Assembly (NCBI GenBank): GCA_038087875.1
Contig: CM075999.1
Coordinates: 1,552,001 to 1,616,000 of the forward strand
Source of the DNA: Malacoraja senta
Lineage: Eukaryota
Direction of reading: 5' to 3'
DNA: 64,000 nt
Below, piece after piece: positions 1 to 11,649 of the stretch. Both the position numbers and the translations under genes were made by a program. Position 1 is the first letter of the stretch. Each line of letters begins with the position of its first letter. The notes beneath the pieces were generated by a model. That model did not search any database. It had not been told where the DNA came from and was given only the letters and a program-made list of their open reading frames with translations.

Positions 1-157
1 AAACATCATCTGTCTATTTCCCTCCACAGACGCTGCCTGACCTGCTGAGTTCTTCCAGCACTTGATTTTGCGCCTCAAGATCCCAGCATCTGCGGGCTCT
101 CGTGTCTCCAGAATGCTTGAACTTGTTGGCTTCATTACAACTACAACACAGAAGGAG

Positions 158-450
158 GCCATCAGCGACAGAATTGCTGCCTGGAAATGCCAGAGACACC
201 GGTTCCATCCTGACTACGAGTGCTGTCTGTACGGAGTTTGTACGTTCTCCCCGCGTGTGTTTTCGCCAGGTGCTCCGGTTCCCTCCCACACTCCATAGAC
301 GTACAGGTTAGTAAGCTGATTGGCTTGATCAAATTGTAAATTGTCCCGAGTGTGTGTAGAATACTGCTAGTGTACGGGGATTGCTGGTTGGCGTGGACTC
401 GGTGGGCCGAAGGGCCTGCTTCCACACTGTATCACTAAACTAAACTAAAC
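158..450 (+). mobile_element. HE1-like tRNA-derived SINE
   Basis: Degenerate tRNA head, V-SINE core GGAGTTTGTACGTTCTCCCCG, CR1-like tail, (TAAAC)n. Confidence 0.85.
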
Positions 451-776
451 ACGCACGATAAAATTGGTTACAGCTAAAAATACATCACATCCTGATAGAA
501 ATGTGAAAACCAGAAACGGACTACAAATAAAAACCTAAAATACTCCCATGTCAGATAGCTTTGCAAATGTTTCTGGTTGACAGCCTTTTTATCAGAACAG
601 GGAAGAGTTGAGAGAAGGAAGTAATGGGAATTAGTAATTACTTGCAATAGGTCGGAAGATAGGAGTCTATGAATGATACTGCTGGTGCAAGGCAAAAGGA
701 TGTCATGATGCGACTGTAAAAGGGAACCAAAAGTGTACGTGCTGAAGATGAGAAATAATGGAAGTAAACCAGATCT

Positions 777-1085
777 TTAGTTATTTTATTTTAGAGATAC
801 AGTGTGGAAGCAGACCCTTTGGCCCATCAAGTTCACACCGACCAGCGGTCCACTGGCATTATCCTACACACTAAAGGCAATTTACAATTTACAGAAGCCA
901 TTTAACCTACAAACCTGTACGTCTTTGGAGTGTGGGGAGGAAAACGGGAGTACCTGGTGAAAATCCATGTGGTCACAGGGAGAACGTGCACACTCCCTAC
1001 AGACAGCACCCCATAGTCAGGATTGAACCCGGGTGTCTGGCACTGTAAGGCAACAACTCTACTGCCGCACCATTGGTGCCGCCCC
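777..1085 (-). mobile_element. HE1-like SINE
   Basis: Full-length reverse copy. Confidence 0.85.
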
Positions 1086-1313
1086 TAATCCTGCAAACAG
1101 AATTGGATTGGTATAGAGAGAAAATAACAGACTCTGGTTGGAACAGAATGGAAAATTAGATGGCTTTACAAGGGACTAGTATGGTGATGAGGATTGCTTT
1201 AAATCTGCACATACTATACACATTAAACTATATCAATACATTTGGACATGCTGAATCAACATTACTGGGCAGAGAGATAGTATAAATAATCAGTATAATA
1301 CTGGGCAGAGAGC

Positions 1314-1445
1314 AGTCTGAAGAAGGGTCTCGACCCAAAACGTCACCTGTACTTTTTCTCCAGAGATGCAGCCTGACCCGCTGAGTTACTCCAGCATTTT
1401 GTGTCTATCTTTGGTATAATCCAGCATCCTGCAGTTCCTTCCTCA
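1314..1445 (+). mobile_element. Penelope-type terminal repeat fragment (core GAAA mutated to AAAA)
   Basis: Homologous to 60845-60938. Confidence 0.65.
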
Positions 1446-1556
1446 CAAGGGCAGTGTAATGTTGCCCCCTTACCCCATCCTTGCTACATGTCCCTGGTGA
1501 TAAAAGCAAATTGAAATTTCAGAGGCCTTCGTTACCCAGAGAATGGTTAGGATATT

Positions 1557-1611
1557 GGGGTGGATGATTGCAACCTTCACGTGGTCCGCCCTGTTTCGAC
1601 GAATGCAATCA
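1557..1611 (+). ncRNA. HDV-like (CPEB3-type) self-cleaving ribozyme with minimal P4
   Basis: P1 GGGGTGG(1557-63)/CCGCCCT(1586-92) with G1.U wobble; P2 TGATTGCA(1565-72)/TGCAATCA(1604-11); P3 ACC/GGT; L3 TTCACGT; P1.1 C1578-G1593; P4 reduced to T-TTCG-A; J4/2 CGAA with putative catalytic C1600. Confidence 0.8.
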
Positions 1612-1691
1612 ACTCGACGTGCACAAACGGAAGATCAAATAGAACAAGTTGTCCTACAACTTTAGGCTGTGCACGCCACACGAAATAAGAA
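1557..1691 (+). mobile_element. ~135-bp non-tRNA SINE-like retroposon with 5' HDV-like ribozyme, copy 1
   Basis: Flanked by direct repeat GTTAGGATATT (1546-1556 / 1692-1702); ends in AAGAAG; a second homologous copy with its own TSD is at 52045-52178; no tRNA A/B boxes seen. Confidence 0.85.
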
Positions 1692-2817
1692 GTTAGGATA
1701 TTGAATTAGCCACTGGCAGAGTGGAGATAATTGGCACAGATATCCTCTCACAGAGGCTTGGTACAGTAGGTGCATGAGTGATAAAGGATTTGAAAGAATC
1801 GATTAGCAGAGTGAGATAAAGTAAGGTGGGAGGTGGTTGAGAAGGCTCTCGAGGAAAATAAGCACCAGTATAAATCGGTTGCATTGAATGGTCTCTCTCT
1901 ACGCCGTGAATTTTGTGATAGGAACCCATTTTAATAATAACAAATCCATTTTGGTGTCACAATTGCAGAATATCTAATGGAATCTCCCGCTGCGACACGT
2001 GTAACCATGGCAACGGAACGCTACTACACCATCTAATTGCGTTTGAAGGCATGAAAACAGTCACTGCCGCTAATGGAACGTCTCCATTTCATGCATATCC
2101 ACCATTGAGCGGAACTAAAAGCAGACGAAAGTGCAGGAGGAACTCAGCGGGTCAGGCAGCACATTCTCCTGAGCTGCTACCTGACCCGCTGAGTTCCTCC
2201 AGCACTTTTTTTTTTTTTTCCTGCACTGATGCAGGAAAAGCTGATGCAGCTTCTTGTTTCTGCACTGTAGAACTAGCAGGATAGTAAACAGTGGCACTGG
2301 CCTGCACCATCTTGGGAAGAGAGAATTACCTTCTGTGCAAGTGATATGTTGTTGCTTTGTCTGTTTGATTCCTTCCGTTCTTGGCACAGGTCTACCTGTG
2401 AGAGGGACCCAAACTCACAGGGAGATGAAATCTGCTTTTCCATGAAGACTGACTGAATGAAGCTCAACAACTGAAGATGCTTGCAACAGAAAAAGGCATA
2501 ATAAATTGTTTTCACTGGGCACTGCTTCAGGAACAGCTTCTTTCCCACGGGCTATTAAACTCGCCAACAAACAGACTCTGAACTGTAACAGCCTATTGCA
2601 CTTTATCTGCTTATTGATGTGTATATTGAACTGAACTGTTTTGTATTTTTGCTTACAATATTCTGTTGTGCTGCAGCAAGCAAGAATTTCATTGTCCTAT
2701 CTGGGACACATGACAATAAACTCTCTTGACTTGACTTGCAATGGCACTTATAATGTATCCCTCTTCACAAAGCTTGTGCACTCTCTCAGCCACCAGAGAA
2801 ATAATAGCAAGCTATGG

Positions 2818-3098
2818 GGGGCATGGTGGCACAGTGGCAGAGTTGCTGCCACATAGCTCCAGAGACCCGGGTTCGATCCTTACTACAGGTGCTGTCTGTA
2901 CTGAGTTTGTACGTTTTCCTCCTACACCCCAAAGGCGTACAGGTTTGTAGGTTAATTGGCTTCAACAAAAATTGTAAATTGTCCCTAGTGTGTAGGATAG
3001 TGCTAATGTGGGGGGGTTCACTGGTAGGCACAGACTCGGTGGGCTGAAGGGCCTGTTTCCACACTATATCTCCAAACTAAACTAAACTAAACTAAACT
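2818..3098 (+). mobile_element. HE1-like SINE
   Basis: A box TGGCACAGTGG, B box GGTTCGATCC, (TAAAC)n tail. Confidence 0.88.
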
Positions 3099-4186
3099 AG
3101 AGCATATGGCTGAAATTATATTTTCACTGGGATACAATTATGAGAAAGAAAAAAGAACAAGCTCTAGGGATTGGGGAGGTATTTACAGCAACATGGCCTT
3201 GCAGGTGAGTTTAGTTGAGTTTAGTTTGACGCCACATGTGTATCGAGCTACAGTGAAAAGCTTTATGTTGCATGCTAACCAGTCAGAGGAAAACTGCATG
3301 ATTACAATCGAGCCACCACATTGTACATATACATGAGCATAGTTAAAGTAAGAAATGCTGCAGTTGGAGTAGAGGTTTAAAAGAGTGCAGCAATTGCAAT
3401 GCTTGATTGCAAGTCCACTTCTGGGACTAGCATGCAGAGAGTCACCTGGCTCGGGCACCATCTTGAAGGTTGTGGTAGTGGCTAGAACACTAAGGAAAAA
3501 CCGCAGTGATACCTGGAAAAAAAAATGGTGTGGAGCTGGTGGGGGAAGTGGAACATATCTTCTTGTCTTCACAAAGCTCTGGCAAATCTGCCTCTTTTCT
3601 TTTGGACCGCGACCCTAATCCTTGCCCTGGATCTGAGTCTCCGTCCTTTACCTTTGGTTGTTTTCATTACACTAGAAGAACCGGATCTTTGCATGATTGA
3701 ATGGTATTTTATCATCACGTGCCTAGATCCAGTGAAATTCTTTGTTTTTGCATACAATCCGGTGAACTCATACAGCAGACTTCACCTCGGCAGTACACAT
3801 AAAGTCGCCACGTTGCTAGTGCCAACCAAGTTTCAAGTGTCTTACCTTCTCGCAGTGGCGAATGATCTTCTGTCTAATCTTCCTGTTACCGTTTCCTTTC
3901 CCTTCCCTTGCAGTTGGGGATCTGACATCTCTGCCAGCCCTGATGATAAAATTCCCTTGTTGGGTGGACCAATGATTTGTTTGTTATTGAAATAAACATT
4001 TTACAGATGCTCCAAATGCAGATGTACTCATGAGACATGGCATATAACCCAAGTCAGCCATTTGAAAGACTCGTGACCTATCCAATGGGGCACCAAATCC
4101 TTGCCAGTGTAATGTCCAAATTTGCACCACAGGTTGTCCCTGTCTGGGAGTAATTGGATTGCATTACACAGGGTAACATGTGATCC

Positions 4187-4812
4187 AATGCTAGCATTTA
4201 TTTTGAGAGGGCTTGTATACAAAAAGAGGGATGTAATGCTGAGGCTCTATAAGGCCCTGGTCAGGCCGCATTTGGAATATTGTGAGCAGTTTTGGGCACC
4301 ATATCCTTGGAAGGATGTGCAGCCTCCAGAGAGAGTCCAGAGGAGGTTTACAAGAATAATCCCAGGGATGAGTGGGTTAACATATGATGAGCGTTTGACG
4401 GCACTGGGCCTGTACTCGCTGGAGTTTAGAAGAATGAGGGGGGGATCTCATTGAAATGTACAGAATAGTGAAAGGCTTGGATAGAGTGGATGGGGAGAGG
4501 ATTTTTCCACAAGTGGGACAGTCTAGGACTAGAGGCTATAGCCTCAGATTTAAAGGATGTTCTTTCAGGAAGGAGCTGAGGAAGAATTTCTTAAGTCAGA
4601 GGGTGGTGAATCTGTGGAATTCTTTACCACAGAAGGCTGTGGACGCCAATGCAGAGATAGATATATTCTTGATTAGAACAGGTGTCAGAGGTTATGGGGT
4701 GAAGGCAGGGGAATGGGGTTAGGAGGGAGAGGTAGATCAGCCAAAATTGAATGGCGGAGTAGACTCAATGGGCCGTATGGTCTAATTCTGCTCCTATCAC
4801 ATGATCTCATGA
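4187..4812 (+). mobile_element. CR1 3' fragment
   Basis: LYKALVRPHLEYC..FWAP, RVVNLWNSLP; CR1 3'-UTR stem-loop. Confidence 0.9.
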
Positions 4813-5364
4813 TGTAGCATTTTGTAGCCTATTCTATCCAAATGGTCTACGATAATGTTTATGCCCTGTACAAGTCTCCCCTCTGCTGTATTTTATCATC
4901 AGACTCTTGTTTTTTACTCCCCTCGTTATTTATTTAGTTTCCTCAATGTTATTCATCTCAGTCTCTCTCATCTTTTCCCCTTTTGTTAGCAACTGCTTTC
5001 TGGATAAAGAGTTAAATTCGATTCTGGACATATGTTATTGTCCCTAAGTTTGGACGTCAACATAAGCAGAAACATTTGTTCCATGTCGAACATTGAATTA
5101 CTTCTTAAATTTAAGAACTCGACACTTCTTTCAAGAGATGAGTGCCCTAAACTGTTTTATCTTTCAGCATTATTAAAGGTTTGTGATATAATCATGATTA
5201 GGCAAGTTGCCTCTTTATGTAACCTTGGAACCCATTATTAGATTACATTCTGGATGTTGGTTATATGAAGACAGTTTTCCCCCCGTGTCAAAGGTATGTC
5301 CATTAATTTGGTGACGTCACTGTGACAGCCACTGTTACAGGGAGGTGCTTGTAAACCAAGATTT

Positions 5365-5678
5365 GATTTAGTTCAAAGATACAAATTGGAAAAGAGCCCT
5401 TCAGTCCATGCCGACCATCAATCACCCATTCGCACTAGTTCTATGTCATCCCACGCTTGCCTCAGCTCCCTGCACACCAGGGGCAATTTACAGAGGTCCA
5501 ATCAACCTACAAACCCGCACGTCTTTGGGATGTGGGAGGAATCCGGAGCACCCGGAGGAAACTCTTGCGGTCACAGGGAGAAGGTGCAAACTCCACAAGG
5601 ACAGAACCCGAGGTTGGGGATTGAACTGGGCTCTATGGCATTGTGAGGCAGCAGCTCTACCCGCTGCACCACTTTGGT
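5365..5678 (-). mobile_element. HE1-like SINE (older subfamily)
   Basis: Homology to other copies. Confidence 0.8.
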
Positions 5679-6946
5679 GCACACTTTTAGCAGACATCGG
5701 AAAGACCTTGCTCTTGTACGATGACTTGTATGATAATTGGGTCAGCTTCCTCATTTATTTGTGCTGGGTTTCAGTCAGCGCAGCAGAAACAGATTGACTC
5801 TGGTGTTAGATGGCAGATTGAAGTGACTCAGAGCTTAACATATGTCATGACTGAAGTTCGATATTTTCAGCAGTAATATCCAGGAAATGCATCTGAGATT
5901 GTAATATGTTTAACCACCAATTTGTTGCCAGCGTTGGCGATGCTAGTCAGCAGATGCTTTATCTACACGCATGTACATAATTGGCAGAGAAGTGGGTTAC
6001 GATTTCCTGAGAGAGTTTGCTCCAATGAGAGGAAACAGCTTTGCACTGTTTCTGTGTAGCCTTATGCGTGAATGAACAAACTAGTGACGCATACATGAGC
6101 TGCAGAATCTTGGCAGGAACCTAAACTCACATTCAGTTGCAGGATGGGAACTCTTCACTATTAAGATGGATAAATCCTGAGAGGCTGATCAAATGTACTC
6201 AAGAACACAGTCACAGGGTCAAATGCACAGAAACAGGCCCTTTGGCCCAACTCATCCATGCCGAGCAAGGTGCCTCATCTAACCTGGTCCCAATTGCAAA
6301 GGGGAGCAAGGCAAGAAATCATGTAATCCGTTTCCGCTGACTGGATAGCAGGCAACAAAAGCTTTTCACTGTACCTCAGTACACGTGACAATAAACTAGA
6401 CTGTAAATTTCAGGGGTCCTTTAGAGACATTTGCATTTTACTACAACCGCAAGTTACGTACCAGAAGACTGAAGGAAGGCTCATGTTATGCCTTTTGTAC
6501 AAGAAGGGCTGTAAGTTTAGTTTCGTTCCGTTTACTATTGTCACGTCTACCGAGGTACAGCGGAAAGCTTTTTGTCGCGTGCTAGCCAGTCAGCGAAAAG
6601 ACTGTACATAATTACAATCAAGGCGTCCACATTGTAATAGAGAACAGGAGACTTTTAAGCATTACTTAGGGACATCATGACCACATGGACTGCTTTACCC
6701 AGCTTCTCAAGTCAAATAGGGATGGGTGATATGAATGCTGACATTCTGACGTCTTCTGAATGAATTAATGAATTCACTACCTCACGGCAGAAAGGAAACC
6801 TTTCTCTGTAACATGGGGAAGTGGGTGCAGTTCAAAGGGGAGGAAAAAAAAGGCTTCAATACCAAACCAAACAAAAAATTAAAAATTGCAGGAAGGAACT
6901 GCAGATGCTGCTTTAAACCAAAGAGAGACACAAAAAGCTGGAGTAA

Positions 6947-7274
6947 AGGCCCTGTCCCACTTTCCTGAGTTACTCACGAACTCTTCCGAGTTTTCCCCTT
7001 GATTCGAACTCGGGGAATGTCGGGTAATGTCGGTAGTGAGCCCGTAGGAGCCCGTAGGAGTCCGTAGATGTTTCGAAGCGGCTCATACTGCCAGCCGTAG
7101 GAACTCGGGGCATCAGGTAAGTCGGGACGTTTTTAAACATGTTGAAAAATGACCACGAGTTTAAAAAATAGCCCCGAGTACCGACGAACGGCTATTACCG
7201 TAATTCTCCGAGTTCGAATCAAGGGGAAAACTCGGGAGAGTTCGTGAGTAACTTGGGAAAGTGGGACAGGGCCT
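6947..7274. mobile_element. PIF/Harbinger-type MITE inserted in a Penelope-type repeat
   Basis: ~70-bp TIR starting AGGCCCTGTCCCAC; TSD TAA (6944-46 / 7275-77); host GCTGGAGTAA|C.CAGCGG resumes. Confidence 0.9.
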
Positions 7275-7549
7275 TAACCCAGCGGCACAGGCAGCATCTC
7301 TGGAGAGAAGAAAGAGGTGATGTTTTGGGTCGAGACCCTTCTTCAGACTTTGTTTTGTTTTTGTGAATAAACTTAAACACCAGGGACCCAGCTCAGGAGG
7401 GTATCAGAGTTTTAGTTTAATTTAGAGATACAGAGCCCCTTGGCCTTGGAACCCGTTATTAAAGTAAATTCTGGATGATGGTCATATGAAGTCAGTTTAT
7501 CCCAGTATCAAAAGTATGTCCAATAATTTGGTGGTGTCATTGTGTCTGT

Positions 7550-7782
7550 AACCCGTTCTCACTGAGCCCACAGCTAACAATGGCCTGTTTCCTTTATCAT
7601 CATTACTTTTTTTGCATATCTTTCGTTCATTTGTTCTACATCTCTCCATATCACCGTCTATATCTCTCGTTTCCCTTTCCCCTGACTCTCGGTCTGAAGA
7701 AGGGTTTCGACCGGAAACGTCACCGATTCCTATTCTCTAGTGATTCTGTCTGGCCCGCTGAGATACTCCAGCTTTTGTGTCT
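7550..7782 (+). mobile_element. Penelope-type terminal repeat fragment with hammerhead core (7689-7726)
   Basis: TCGGT-CTGAAGA-AGGGTTTCGACCG-GAAA-CGTC-ACCGA. Confidence 0.68.
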
Positions 7783-8281
7783 AACAGAGGAGATGGGTCT
7801 GGTGTTGCCGAGTCTGGTGATGTGCATTCGACTCAGTGATGTAGATAAACAGTCATTGAACTAAAAGGAGGAAGGGGTTTTGGAATAGCATCAGCAGCAG
7901 GGATCAACTTCACACAATACAGCCTTGCTACAGAATCACACCTCTGGTGCCAACAGTGGCACACTCACAGTGCAGAATAAGAACCGTGCCTTGGGGAAAT
8001 CCACTCGGTGGAAGAATATTTAATGCTGAAAGTGAGAAAGTGCCAAAATAGGACAGATTCCCAGCCCAAGCCAACCGCTGTGGAGAATCCCGCTGTTGTT
8101 TACATGCTCCAGAAATGGATTAGATATTCCATACATAAATACAATCCAATCTAACTCAAGTACAATGGATAGAGCAAAGGGGAAGGTACAGAGTGAGGAA
8201 TATAGTGGGAAGAGCAAGCAAAGAGCGAGGAGGACCGTTGGGAGTGAGGAAGGCCGGCAAACGCTACCCAAGAAGGGGGTA

Positions 8282-8460
8282 TCTCTCTCCCTCTCTCTCT
8301 CCCCTCTTCTCTCTCTCTCCCTCCCCCCTTCTCTAACCTCCTCTCTCCTCCCCTCTCTCCCTGACCGTCTCCCTCATTTCTCCCCCCACCGTCTTTTCCC
8401 CCTCGTCTCTCACCCCCCCCCCTCCCCTCCGTCTCTCCCCTCCTGTCGCCCTCCCTCCCC
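8282..8460. repeat. CT-rich low-complexity tract
   Basis: Direct observation. Confidence 0.85.
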
Positions 8461-8569
8461 CATCTCGGCGAGAACAGAGCGTGAAAGTTTGCTGATGACA
8501 CAGAAACAGGTGGGAGGCCGCAGTGCGATGAGAAGATTTGGCACAGCTACACCAGAAAGATATATCGAG

Positions 8570-9380
8570 AAAGCGGGCCAAAACCTGGCAAATGGTGTTC
8601 AATGCAGAAAATTGCAAGATCGATCACCTCTATTCTTTAGACTTAGAAGAATACAAATCAAAATGCAAACTATTATTAAATGGAGAGAGACTGCGTGAAT
8701 GGATCACAAAAGGGTCTAGGTACTATAGTGCATGAAATACAAAACAAATGAATGTGCAGATGCAACTAGTAGGTAGGGGATGGGCCAAATGGCCTAATTC
8801 TGCTCCTATCATTTATGAACTGATGGAAGTGAATGGCATCATGACCTTTGTTGCAAAGAGTATAGAAATAGAGAAGTTGTGTTGTAATTGTACTGGGTGC
8901 TAGGATAGGTCAAACCTGGAGTACAATCTGCATTTTTACACAACTTATTTAAGAAAGATTATGCTAGCATTGGAGACATCCCAGAAAAGATTCACTCGGC
9001 TAATTCCTGGAGTGCGAGGTTGTTCTGAATTACGAACAGCCCCAAAAAAAAGTTAGAATGAACTGAATATGCTGCTCGGGGCAACACAGTGGCATAGTGG
9101 TAGAGGGCCTGAGCTACAGGTAGAGGTTGAGCAGGCTAGGATTTTATTCCTTAGAGCACAGGAGGATGAGGGGTGATCTTATAGAGGTGTACAAAATCAT
9201 GAGAGGAATAGATCGGGTCTTTTGCCCAGAGTAGGGGAGTCGAGTACCAGGTGACATAGGTTTCAGGTGTCTATGTCGATACCGAACTCGATGCCAAGTT
9301 AAACTAATCTCATCTGCCTGCACATGATCCAGACCCCTCCATTCACTGCATATCCATGTGCCTATCTAAATGCCTCTTAA
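8570..9380. mobile_element. Cluster of old nested CR1 fragments
   Basis: WQMVFNAENCK remnant; CR1 tail motifs in both orientations. Confidence 0.65.
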
Positions 9381-9456
9381 ATGCCTCCAATACCCTCTAT
9401 GTATAAAACTTGCCTTGCACAACTGCGGTAAACTTTGCGCCTTTCACTTTAAGGAG

Positions 9457-9750
9457 TGGCACAATGGCGCAGCAGTAGAGTTGGTGCGCCAGAGACCCGG
9501 GTTTGATCCTGACCACGGGATGCTGACGGTACGGAGTTTGTACATTCTCCCTGTGACCGCATGGGTTTTCCCCAGGTGCTCCGGTTTCCTCCCACACTCC
9601 AAAGAGACACAGGTACAAAGGTTAATAGGCTTTGGTAAAAAATTGTAAATTGTCCCTAGTGTGTAGGATAGTGCTCGTGTACGGGCGGGGTGACCGCTGG
9701 TTGGCGCGGATTAGGTGGGCCGAAGGGCACTCTTTCCGCACTGTATCTCT
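9457..9750 (+). mobile_element. HE1-like SINE
   Basis: Head, core and tail present. Confidence 0.85.
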
Positions 9751-10017
9751 AAAGACCTAAAGCAATGACAGCAAAAAGCAAAGTGGGGTAGATGGTGGAG
9801 ATGTCGACCTCTCTTGGTGCCCCACCCATTCCCCTCAGCATACGTCCGGTCAAGTTGTATCTTCACATTGCTATAGAAACATGCATAACAATCATAGCAA
9901 CTTGCATGATTAAAATTAACACTATGCAATCTCCTCGCTATAAGACAATTTTAACACACATTAATTTCATCTAGTTTTAAACTTTATTTCAGAATTCACA
10001 TATGTAATATATTGTGG

Positions 10018-10240
10018 GTGGCGCAGCGGCAGAGTTGCTGCCTCCCAGCGCCAGAGACCCGGGTTCGATCCTGACTAAGGGTGCCGTTTGTACGGAGTTT
10101 CTATATTCTCCCCGTGACTATGTGGGTTTTCCCCTGGTGCTCCAGTTTCCACCCACACTCCAAAGACGTATAGGTTTATAGGTTAATTGGCTTCATGTAA
10201 TTGTAAATTGTCCCCCAGTGTGTGTAGGATGGTGTTTGCG
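10018..10240 (+). mobile_element. HE1-like SINE, 3'-truncated
   Basis: A/B boxes and core. Confidence 0.85.
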
Positions 10241-10254
10241 TTAGATGGTGTCAA

Positions 10255-10490
10255 GGGCCTGTCCCATGTATGCAGTTTTTTCGGCGACTGCCGGCACCCG
10301 TCATAGTCACAGCAGGTCGCCGAAAATGTTCAACATGTTGAAAATACAGCGGCGACCAGAAAATGGTTCGACTCTTTGGGCGACTACTCACGATCATACA
10401 GGCGTCACATGTTGAACATTTTCGGCGACCTGCAGCGACTATGACGGTTGCCGGCAGTCGCCGAGAAAATCGCGTAAGTGGGACAGGCCT
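10255..10490. mobile_element. PIF/Harbinger-type palindromic MITE
   Basis: GGGCCTGTCCCA...GTGGGACAGGCC ends; internally deleted relative of 49295-49633; TSD unclear. Confidence 0.82.
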
Positions 10491-10941
10491 ATAGACAAAA
10501 TTTATAATTTTGTCCTAAGCCACCAAACCACAGAAATGTACCATCACTGTAGGAATTTTGACATTTAGCTTGAAGACATGGTTTCTATAGCAACAGCGAG
10601 TTTGCATTTGAAGAACTACAATGAATGTAATGGCTGTAACAAGACCCCCCAAAAGGCATCAGTTAGGGGCGAGAAAGACACAGCTTCACACAAATAGTAC
10701 CTCTTGATGTCTTCTGTTGAGTAATCAATAAGAACAAAGAGCAGTTTACACAGTAAATCATTAAACTGCAAATACTGGACTTCTGAAGTAAAATGGAAAC
10801 TTAACCCATTTGCGATGTCAACTCGATTTCTTTTCCTTCAGTTGTGGCCTGACCCAGGTATTTCCAGCATTTTCTGTAGCTTGGAACTCTCGCACATTTT
10901 AAATGAGAGAGATAAAAACTAAAATGAGTAAAATGTAATTA

Positions 10942-11270
10942 GTGTGGAAAGGAACAGCAGATGCTGGTTTACACTGAAGATAGACACAAAGTGCAGGAGC
11001 AACTCAGCGGGTCAGGCAGCATCTCTGGAGAAAAAGGAAGGGTGACTTTTCGCGTTGGGACTTTTCTTCAGACTGAAAGTAGAGGGGAGGGGACTGGAGG
11101 TAACGATAGGCCTGAACAAAGCAGGGCCAGCATCAGATGACCAGGGAAGGGTGGAGCCCATAATGGTCCATTGTTGGCTGGGGATGGGATAGTGAGGGAT
11201 ACAAGGATACAAACAGTGGAACTAGTAGGACGACTAGGGTGGGGTGAAGAGTGGAACGCAGGGGTTACTT
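10942..11270 (-). mobile_element. Penelope-type terminal repeat fragment
   Basis: Reverse-complement homology to the same family. Confidence 0.6.
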
Positions 11271-11346
11271 GTAATTTGTGTCAGTCCCTAGTCCTGTGTG
11301 AATGTTTTCAATGTGCTCCTTTATTTGAGTTTATCCTGACTATGGG

Positions 11347-11649
11347 TGCTGCCTTACAGCGCCAGAGACCCGACTTCGATCCTGACTATGGGCGTGTCTA
11401 TACGGAGTTTGTACGTTCTCCCCGTGACCTGCGTGGGTATTCTCCATGTGCTCCAGTTTCCTCCCACACTACAAAGACGTACAAGTTTGTAAGTTAATTA
11501 ATTGGCTTTGGTAAAAATTGTAAATTGTCCCTAGTGTGTAGGATAGTGCCAGTGTATGGGGATCGCTGGTCGGCATGGACTCGGAGTGCTGACGGGTTCA
11601 TTTCCGCGCTATATCTCAAATCTAAAATTAAACTAAACTAAACTAAACT
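11347..11649 (+). mobile_element. HE1-like SINE
   Basis: Core and (TAAAC)n tail. Confidence 0.85.

Noticed and set aside
2818..2890. tRNA gene
   Set aside because: A/B boxes belong to SINE heads (about 20 copies); followed by SINE core, no full cloverleaf
3446..3512. Minus-strand exon with a strong acceptor
   Set aside because: Contains CAAGATGG.GCCC, also seen at the window end (63984-63996), suggesting a repeat; no partner exons found
8096..8698. 200-aa ORF
   Set aside because: Runs through low-complexity CT tract and repeat remnants; no recognisable domain
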